In this document: positions 8,949-16,185 of the stretch, piece after piece
How positions within the stretch are numbered: the first letter of the stretch is position 1
Layout of the letters: every line of letters starts with the position of its first letter
Assembly (NCBI GenBank): GCA_003151625.1
Contig: PLYC01000013.1
Span: forward strand, 93,210 to 157,209
DNA: 64,000 bases
Source: Candidatus Doudnabacteria bacterium
Lineage (GTDB): Bacteria > Patescibacteriota > Doudnabacteria > UBA920
Direction of reading: 5' to 3'
Translations under genes and position numbers: made by a program
The notes under the pieces: model-generated
What the model was told of the DNA's origin: nothing
What the model saw: only the letters and a program-made list of their open reading frames with translations
Databases searched by the model: none

Positions 8949-9944
8949 CTAGTGTTTAATTATGTTAATTTTTGATTCTTTTGAGTTTGCAGTTATTTCT
9001 ACTTCGCCCCCAATGGGAAGTGTAATTTTTGGGTCTGTATGGCCAAAATCTACATTTGCTATTACAGGTATATTTTTAAAGTCAGGTTTGGATGTTATTA
9101 TTTGTTTTATTTTATTATCTGACATCTGGCTGGCTTTTTGAAACCTCCCAATAACTAAACCTCTTACTTTTCCAAAATTCGGTAGCTGAATTAACGATTG
9201 CAAATTGCGGTCAAATTCCACGGCTGAAGATTCCTTTGGTAGATCATCGTCTTCCAAGAAAAGAATACTGTCTGTTAAGTCCGGGAAGTATTCCGTACCC
9301 TGTAGCAAATTAAAGGTGCAAAGATTGCCGCCAAGAATGGTGCCGCTGGCCTTACCCTGATTTATAACCAGTTGTCCTTGGTTAGGAATAAGGGCGCGTT
9401 CATTTTGGTTTTTAAACCACAGGTCATCACTCCAATCCTTGCTGGGTTCAATTTTAAAAGGCTCGTTAGAAAATAAACATTTTTTGCAATAATCCAGCGT
9501 GTAGTCAAAATATTTTTCTTGGCCAAAAGTGGAATAATGCGGCCCGTAATAACTCACAAGCCCGGTCTTGGCAAAAATCGAGTTGTTTAAAATTGTAATG
9601 TCTGAGTACCCGCAGAGAATTTTTGGGTTGTCTTTAATCAACTGCCAATCAACATGCCTTAATAATTGGTTAGAATTATAGCCGCCAATTACTGTAAAAA
9701 TAGCCTTAACGTTCTTGTCCGCAAACGCCTGGTGTAAGTCTTCAATACGCGATTCTATTGTGGTAGAATCAAATTCGTCTTTTTCTTCAACGTTTCTGCC
9801 AAAACTAATCTTTAGCCCCAAGTCATTAAATCGGTTGTTGGCAATTTGCCTTAAGCCGCCTGAAATAATCCCCAGAGATCTTGACGGAGCTATAACCCTA
9901 ACCTCGTCCCCTGTTTTTAATTTTGAAGAGTAGATTTTATTCAT
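8949..9944 (-). CDS. S66 family LD-carboxypeptidase (LdcA/MccF-like)
   Basis: GDEVRVIAPSRSL, CGYSDITIL, GGNLCTF and FGHT motifs. Confidence 0.8.
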   Translation of the reverse strand: MNKIYSSKLKTGDEVRVIAPSRSLGIISGGLRQIANNRFNDLGLKISFGRNVEEKDEFDSTTIESRIEDLHQAFADKNVKAIFTVIGGYNSNQLLRHVDWQLIKDNPKILCGYSDITILNNSIFAKTGLVSYYGPHYSTFGQEKYFDYTLDYCKKCLFSNEPFKIEPSKDWSDDLWFKNQNERALIPNQGQLVINQGKASGTILGGNLCTFNLLQGTEYFPDLTDSILFLEDDDLPKESSAVEFDRNLQSLIQLPNFGKVRGLVIGRFQKASQMSDNKIKQIITSKPDFKNIPVIANVDFGHTDPKITLPIGGEVEITANSKESKINIIKH

Positions 9945-9962
9945 AATAGTTAACTAATATTG

Positions 9963-10157
9963 TTAAAATTTTTTAGCTTTTAGTCTATTATTGGCAAAAT
10001 GCAAAGTAAAAGCCGAACCTGACGGCCGGGAAATTCCAAGCCGCGTGTCCATATAAAAACAGCGCGGACAGTCTAAGAACGTGCCAATCTTGCCCCGGCT
10101 TGGCTTAAAGAGCTTGTCGGTCGCTTGATCGAATAAATAGTTTCTTTTGCTTGGCAT
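9963..10157 (-). pseudogene. truncated paralog of the N-terminus of the Cas4-like nuclease at 15434-16177
   Basis: MPSKRNYLFDQATDKLFKPSRGKIGTFLDCPRCFYMDTRLGISRPSGSAFTL vs MAYKRSNLYEPEADKPFKLSRSKIDMFLDCPRCFYMDRRLGISRPSGPAFTL. ~85% DNA identity over ~150 bp. Confidence 0.6.
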
Positions 10158-10158
10158 A

Positions 10159-10806
10159 TTAGGATGCCAATAATTTTGTTACCCAATCGTTGAAATGTGG
10201 GCAATTATTTCTAATTTCCTGCAAACCGGTTCTGGAAGCTATTAGGCTGCCAAAAAGTGGCTTTCTATAGTTTGGGAAAAGTTTTATAAGTCTTTTGCTT
10301 GGATGAGTTTCCGGACCTTGGTTTATTTCCTCGGGAGTTTTAAAGGCATCTCTTATATTTTGCACATCCTGTTTTTTATTCCGATCCAAAGTATCGGAAA
10401 TAACTTCTGGTACTGAAAAAAGCAGGCCTTCAAACTCGTGAAGTTGCAAATAAGGAATGAAGCGTTCATTATTGATGTCGTTAGCAAAAGCCTGTTCCGC
10501 CGCTTTAACTTTATCGTAGCAAGAACCTTCATTTTTCCAATTTGGAAAGTCGGCAGGCAGGCCATAAAAATCCATCATCGTGGTTACCGCGGTAACATTT
10601 GAGTCCCTGAATAATTTTTTTGCATCGCGCTTTATGGCTCCATACGAACTTACGCCGCCCTTAAAATTTGGACTATTTTTAAGTATTTTTGTATTAATTA
10701 TGGTTGGAATTAAAAACAGACCCTGCTCCTGGAAGGTAGGGTTTAAAATATCTTTTACGAACCGTTCCTCAGTTTGTCCTTCGACTAAGATAAAAATTCT
10801 TTTCAT
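10159..10806 (-). CDS. DUF4276-like protein (partner of AAA_21 ATPase; possibly Toprim/OLD-like)
   Basis: N-terminal MKRIFILVEGQTEERFVKDIL, a characteristic DUF4276 start. 8-nt gap to the ATPase gene. Confidence 0.55.
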   Translation of the reverse strand: MKRIFILVEGQTEERFVKDILNPTFQEQGLFLIPTIINTKILKNSPNFKGGVSSYGAIKRDAKKLFRDSNVTAVTTMMDFYGLPADFPNWKNEGSCYDKVKAAEQAFANDINNERFIPYLQLHEFEGLLFSVPEVISDTLDRNKKQDVQNIRDAFKTPEEINQGPETHPSKRLIKLFPNYRKPLFGSLIASRTGLQEIRNNCPHFNDWVTKLLAS

Positions 10807-10813
10807 AAGTCAG

Positions 10814-11911
10814 TTATGGCCTGCCGCCAATAATATTTTTTTCCCACATATCTCCCAGTCCATAATCTTCAAGCCAAGAACCGAGTTCGTTAGAAGTGAG
10901 TCTTCGAAAAGAAGACTGTCCGTCGCTTCTGTCCACCACAATAATAGATTCGGGTTTTAGCTGATTTATCAAAGTTACGGATTGGGTTGAAACAATAACC
11001 TGTGTTCTGGTCGCGGCGCTTTGCAAAAGATTGGCAAGCAAATTTATTGCCGCGGGATGCAAACCTAATTCAGGTTCATCAAGCAAAATTGTGGTCGGCA
11101 ATTTTTCCGCCGGTTGTAATAATAAAGTTGCCAGGCATATAAAACGCAATGTGCCGTCAGACAATGAAGCTGCATTAAAATAGCTGTCAGAATTTTTGTG
11201 CTGCCATTCCAACTGAATACTGTCCGGTTTTAAGGGCGATGTTCTTAATACGAAAGAGTTAAAAAACGGAGCAATTAATTTAACGGTGTCAGTTATATTT
11301 TTAAAATCATAAGGATATTTTTTTTCCAATAAATACAAATAAGCCGCTAAATTTGAAGCGTCCGGTTTAAAAGAAGCGTTGTCATTTATTGGCCCGGTTT
11401 TTTTTAGTAAAGCTGTGTCGCTGGTATCATGGAAATGATACAGTCTCCAACTTCTTATGCTGGCCAAAGTGCTGGCAGAAACATTTCCCGCTTCTGCCGC
11501 GAGCCCCGTTTCCTTACGGTCGGGAGAGAGTGTATTAAATTCAAACGGTTTGGTGTAATTAGGTCCTAAATAAGAACCCCCTTCTTCTTCAAAAAATAAA
11601 GAATCATCAGCCGTAGGAACCAACTTTAGCCAGTAGGAATTGGGACCAAAATCAACTTTAACTTCCAAGGCGTGAGTAGTTTTTGAACCAAAATAAAGAA
11701 GCGTGTTGGCGCCTCCAGATTTTCTGATAAGGTTTTGCATGCGGCCTTCGGCCATTTCTCCCAAAAATTTGAAGAGTGAAATAAAGTTTGATTTTCCCGC
11801 GCCATTGGAACCAATCATTACATTTAAATCGCCCAATTTAAAATTTTCCAACGACTTGATGGATTTATAGCCTTTTATTGTAATATCAGTAACCTTATTT
11901 TGGTATACCAT
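10814..11911 (-). CDS. ABC-type AAA_21/SMC-like ATPase
   Basis: Walker A GSNGAGKSN, Walker B/D-loop LLDEPELGLHP, and VIVSTQS. Confidence 0.8.
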   Translation of the reverse strand: MVYQNKVTDITIKGYKSIKSLENFKLGDLNVMIGSNGAGKSNFISLFKFLGEMAEGRMQNLIRKSGGANTLLYFGSKTTHALEVKVDFGPNSYWLKLVPTADDSLFFEEEGGSYLGPNYTKPFEFNTLSPDRKETGLAAEAGNVSASTLASIRSWRLYHFHDTSDTALLKKTGPINDNASFKPDASNLAAYLYLLEKKYPYDFKNITDTVKLIAPFFNSFVLRTSPLKPDSIQLEWQHKNSDSYFNAASLSDGTLRFICLATLLLQPAEKLPTTILLDEPELGLHPAAINLLANLLQSAATRTQVIVSTQSVTLINQLKPESIIVVDRSDGQSSFRRLTSNELGSWLEDYGLGDMWEKNIIGGRP

Positions 11912-12214
11912 AATGCTTATATTATATCATAATTTTGACTATTTCATAGGCCAACTAGAAATCACTTTGACTCACCCTTTATTTCGTCCTCTAAATCTTC
12001 AAGCGGCATAGGTTTTAACTATTTGTTCTATCTTCTCCGGTTGTGCTTATTCCCAAGACTAAACAAAGCCCAAACGACAGAAAGCAGGCTTAAGAAAATT
12101 GCCAGTCCTTTGTGCCCGGTTTTAAAGAGTGCGTATATTAAGCAACAAAATGCTACAAATAGTATGAAGTCTAGCATGGGAGTTTAGTTATAATTTTTAT
12201 TAATAAATATAGAT

Positions 12215-12550
12215 TCATTCGCCTCTATTTTGTGTTTCGTATATCTCCCAGGCATAATCAAACGGCAGTAGTGAACATAAAAAATTGCCGTCCTTGTCCT
12301 TTGGGGTATATTCATCCACTATATCCAAAATTGCACTTTGCTCATCTTCCGAAAGTTCTCTCCCAATTAGATCCTGCAACTCAAGGAACTGTTCATCGAT
12401 AATGGCAACATTCCCTTCAATCCGCTGATCTTCATCTGTGGCTTGCTTCTGAGCAACTTTGTGCTCCACCATAAGTGTCCAAAACACATCCTCAAGAGTC
12501 ATCTTAGGAAGCATATTATCTTGTGCAAATTTTTTTGCTTTTTTCTTCAT
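12215..12550 (-). CDS. hypothetical acidic protein (last gene of the 8-gene operon)
   Basis: 111-aa ORF, 11 nt after the upstream gene. Confidence 0.45.
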   Translation of the reverse strand: MKKKAKKFAQDNMLPKMTLEDVFWTLMVEHKVAQKQATDEDQRIEGNVAIIDEQFLELQDLIGRELSEDEQSAILDIVDEYTPKDKDGNFLCSLLPFDYAWEIYETQNRGE

Positions 12551-12561
12551 ATTTATGATTT

Positions 12562-12873
12562 TTAATTTGGCAGCCTACCTTCTTTTTCTCTGATTAGATA
12601 TGTTTCTGACTTTAAACAACGGTTTATAATACCTTCCATATGCCAGTAGGTGTAACCGTTATAGTCAAAATATACCTGCTTTGTTTGATAAAAATGGGAT
12701 TCGTAACCGAAGGTGTCGATGTGATGCGCGAGTGCCAGGAACAAATCGTTATCAACCCGCTCCTGGACAATATACTCGTGAGGCCAGGTTTTTGCGTACG
12801 TGACTGCAAAAATCCACTTTGAATTGTCTATAAATTGTTTTAACTTTTCAGAAAGTTTACCATTCTTGGTCAT
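12562..12873 (-). CDS. hypothetical protein
   Basis: 103 aa. 4-nt overlap with the upstream gene. Confidence 0.45.
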   Translation of the reverse strand: MTKNGKLSEKLKQFIDNSKWIFAVTYAKTWPHEYIVQERVDNDLFLALAHHIDTFGYESHFYQTKQVYFDYNGYTYWHMEGIINRCLKSETYLIREKEGRLPN

Positions 12874-13979
12874 TCCGTCGCCTCCAAAGATTTTTTAATC
12901 CATAAACAGACTTCAAAAAATTCACGCCTGGCGTCTTCATTGGCGATAACCCGGAGAGGCAACTTTAGGCCGTTGTAGCCGTCAACATTATCCACATGTA
13001 CCGTGGCACCTTTGATTGAGCTAAGCCGTTTTAATATTTCGGAACGTTTTACCGGGTTATCAAAAGGGTATGGGCTTTTATTTCCCTGGTGGGGAGCATT
13101 CCAAGAAACATTCCCATCTCCGGTAACCGATAAAGGATAAAAACCTTTTTTACCCTCGGGATAATAACACAAGAAAAAACCGCCGCGCTGGCTCGTGGTC
13201 CATTCAATTTCTATACCATTGTCGTTTGCCCAATCAATGATCTTTTGTGCCGCTATCACTTCTTCTGCGCCAATTTCTTTCAAACGCTCTTTAAATATAT
13301 CCCAGTCCCATAATTTCTTATCACGAGTTGTTGTCTTCATGTCCTTTTTGACCTCGGCTCCAAATATTCTCGGAATAATTATCTCATACGTTTCGTGTTT
13401 ATAATACTCAAGCTCAACAGCATATATATCAAACTGGCTGTTTTGGTTAACGTAAAGTATTAAGTCCTTAAGTCTGGCATCAAGACTGTCCATCAATATG
13501 ACAAAATGAAGAGCACCGTCACTCAAATTATCGCGGACGGAATTCAGCAATTGGGCTATTTCTTCGTTAGATAGGCCAAAGTGTTCCTGAAGTTTTTGAT
13601 TCAGCGAAATCTTGAATGTTTTTTGAACATTCGCCTCAAGTATTGAGGAAAATTCACTAAAATCATTTGAGTGCTTCCAAAGAGCAGCACCATAATCCAG
13701 TGATTGAGCTACTACGGTTCGCTTATCGGGATTTTTGTACAGTTTAGTTTCAATAATATATATTTCTCCCTCTCTATCAACGCCGATTGCGTCAATTGGG
13801 CCGCTGTGCGTCGGGAACTCCCTAGCCAGGATAAGAAGCCGTATATCTTCTTTGATGTCATATAATGGGACACTGTCGGGATTATCGTAAATATATTTCT
13901 GAAGATAATCTTCTTTATCAAAAGTTGATTTTTCTATTTTTTTAGCATTTTTGCCGTTTTTAGAAATAATAATCGCCAT
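12870..13979 (-). CDS. hypothetical protein, possible PD-(D/E)xK nuclease fold
   Basis: GPIDAIGVDREGEIYIIETKLYK, a D..E.K-like arrangement. 369 aa. Confidence 0.4.
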   Translation of the reverse strand: MAIIISKNGKNAKKIEKSTFDKEDYLQKYIYDNPDSVPLYDIKEDIRLLILAREFPTHSGPIDAIGVDREGEIYIIETKLYKNPDKRTVVAQSLDYGAALWKHSNDFSEFSSILEANVQKTFKISLNQKLQEHFGLSNEEIAQLLNSVRDNLSDGALHFVILMDSLDARLKDLILYVNQNSQFDIYAVELEYYKHETYEIIIPRIFGAEVKKDMKTTTRDKKLWDWDIFKERLKEIGAEEVIAAQKIIDWANDNGIEIEWTTSQRGGFFLCYYPEGKKGFYPLSVTGDGNVSWNAPHQGNKSPYPFDNPVKRSEILKRLSSIKGATVHVDNVDGYNGLKLPLRVIANEDARREFFEVCLWIKKSLEATE

Positions 13980-14060
13980 AGGTTATATGTGTTAATTTCG
14001 CTTATACTATTTGTAATCTGATTAAGGCTCTTTCAATTAGTTTAAATTTTTATAGTTAGC

Positions 14061-15419
14061 TTATTCAAGAAAATCAGCTATCTTTTCTTGATTTATGATT
14101 CCATTTGCAAGAAAAAGGTCTTCTAATTGCGAATGGTCAACGCCAGCATGTGAAAGTTTATGAGCAATGATATTAAGTAAATCATTTGCTTTCATTAAAA
14201 CTACAGGGCATCGTGTTTCCTTATAAATATCTTTTATGGAGCTATCCAACGATTGGTTGTCAGAAAAGTCTGATGAGACAATCAGAAATGAAAATTTTTT
14301 AATCCGCCTTTTTTGGAGCTCTTTTTGATATTTTTTTATATATTCACTAATTTCTCTATCCCCAGTGCCAATAGAATATCCTTTTTCTCTAGCCTTTGCG
14401 TCATAAACAATGGCATAATAGTATTCAGAGTTTGCATCTGTCGAATAAGCGATGCCGTCTGGTTCTCTGCCTTTTCCTTGCCCGAGACTTTCCACTTCAT
14501 AACCCAAAATCCCAAATGCATAACCCAATTTTATTTCAAAAGCCCTTTCCGGTTTGAGATTCATTTTTTTTGACCATTCTGTTTCTTTATTTAAGGCAAG
14601 TTCTTTAAGGTCACTGATAATAGGCGGCACCCATTCTCTGACCAATTGATTAGGTTTTTGTTTAATGGGTGATTCCTTTTTGGTTTCTGCCTCTATTATT
14701 TCATCCGTTCTTATTGGCTCTTTAAATCCACCCCAAGGAGCTTGGTCATCTTCCGCATCAACTTTCCATAAATCTTTCACGCCAGACGAATATAGAAAAG
14801 ATGTTAATGTCCGTGGTGAGTATTTTATACCTAACTTTCTAAAACCAGCAATTAAATCATCGTTTGATTGGACAATCTTTTCCCCTATAGGGTCTTTTTC
14901 AAAATCCACGTGGCTTTCAAAGCCAAAGTATTCCGTGGCCTTTTTACGGTCTCTCAGCGAGATAACGCTGACACTGGAAGATGGGTTATAGGCAAAAATC
15001 ATAGCACTGACCGCGTTGCCGCGTGGTCCGGTTAAGTTGTTGTGGTTACCTTCATTTAACTTATATAGTTCATCAATTAATTTAGCTTTTTCTTCACCCA
15101 CGGTTTTGAATATTTGATCTAGTTGTTTATGCAGTTCTGGCTTATTTTTAATTTCATTAAACATCCGACGCCAAGCCCCTTGTGTGATCATAGTCCTCGC
15201 TACTGCTTCACTTTCTCTGGTATTGCCCTTCCCAGCCCTGTCCAATATTCTGATTATTCCATCCAATTCTAAATCATCCAAATCCTCTTTGGAATTGGTC
15301 ATAATCTTACCATTCCAAAAGTCCCTAAACTCCCTGCTTTGTGCTACCCATAAAGCGTCCTTAGACTCGGAGTCATAATTTTTTATAAACTCGTTAAATA
15401 ATTCTATGATTTTGTCCAT
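14061..15419 (-). CDS. hypothetical protein (C-terminal possible PD-(D/E)xK-like motif)
   Basis: EPDGIAYS...YYYAIVYDAKAR. 452 aa. No confident family. Confidence 0.4.
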   Translation of the reverse strand: MDKIIELFNEFIKNYDSESKDALWVAQSREFRDFWNGKIMTNSKEDLDDLELDGIIRILDRAGKGNTRESEAVARTMITQGAWRRMFNEIKNKPELHKQLDQIFKTVGEEKAKLIDELYKLNEGNHNNLTGPRGNAVSAMIFAYNPSSSVSVISLRDRKKATEYFGFESHVDFEKDPIGEKIVQSNDDLIAGFRKLGIKYSPRTLTSFLYSSGVKDLWKVDAEDDQAPWGGFKEPIRTDEIIEAETKKESPIKQKPNQLVREWVPPIISDLKELALNKETEWSKKMNLKPERAFEIKLGYAFGILGYEVESLGQGKGREPDGIAYSTDANSEYYYAIVYDAKAREKGYSIGTGDREISEYIKKYQKELQKRRIKKFSFLIVSSDFSDNQSLDSSIKDIYKETRCPVVLMKANDLLNIIAHKLSHAGVDHSQLEDLFLANGIINQEKIADFLE

Positions 15420-15433
15420 TTTAGTATGCTTAA

Positions 15434-16177
15434 TTATGTAACTTCTACTAGCTGAGATTTTTTTCTATACTGGCAGAATTCGCATTCCGGGTTAGGAGCA
15501 GGGAGACTGGCTTGGTTTAAGCAATCGTGAATATTAAAAATTGTTTGCTCTACCCAGGAGTCCGAGCCGGTGTAAGGGATTAGTTTAGCGTCAAATTCCA
15601 ATACGCCATTAAAGCCTGCCCTGTCTTTCTTGCCGTTCACATAAAAAAAGTAACCGATGTTAGAAACTTTTAAACCATTTTGTCTTAACAGCCACTGGTA
15701 GACTTCCATTTGCCTGCGGTAGGAGTTATGCCACTTGGCATCCGTTAACTCTACCTCACCCTCTTTGCTGGTGGCCTTATAATCCACCACAATGTATTCT
15801 CCTTCCGAGTTTTTCCACAAATCATCAATGGCTCCAAAAATTAACATATTGGTTTTTTTGTGGAGGCACTGCACGCCGGTAAAATTATGCCGCCACTGGT
15901 CTAAAAGCTCATGAGCTACAGGCACAGCGTCCAGGCCGTAGGCTTCCATAAGCGGATGTTTGGTTCCATTGGCGCGGTAGACATCAAATTCTTTTTTCAA
16001 CAAAGCGTCCACGGCAACGTTCAAAGTAAAAGCCGGACCGGATGGTCGGGAAATTCCAAGCCGTCTGTCCATATAAAAACAGCGCGGGCAGTCTAAAAAC
16101 ATGTCAATCTTGCTCCGGCTTAGCTTAAAGGGCTTGTCGGCTTCGGGCTCGTATAGGTTGCTTCTTTTATAGGCCAT
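15434..16177 (-). CDS. Cas4-like/RecB-family PD-(D/E)xK nuclease with 4-Cys cluster
   Basis: N-terminal DCPRCFY, IVVDYKAT (D..K), C-terminal CEFCQY. 247 aa. Confidence 0.6.
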   Translation of the reverse strand: MAYKRSNLYEPEADKPFKLSRSKIDMFLDCPRCFYMDRRLGISRPSGPAFTLNVAVDALLKKEFDVYRANGTKHPLMEAYGLDAVPVAHELLDQWRHNFTGVQCLHKKTNMLIFGAIDDLWKNSEGEYIVVDYKATSKEGEVELTDAKWHNSYRRQMEVYQWLLRQNGLKVSNIGYFFYVNGKKDRAGFNGVLEFDAKLIPYTGSDSWVEQTIFNIHDCLNQASLPAPNPECEFCQYRKKSQLVEVT

Positions 16178-16185
16178 TTTAAAGT

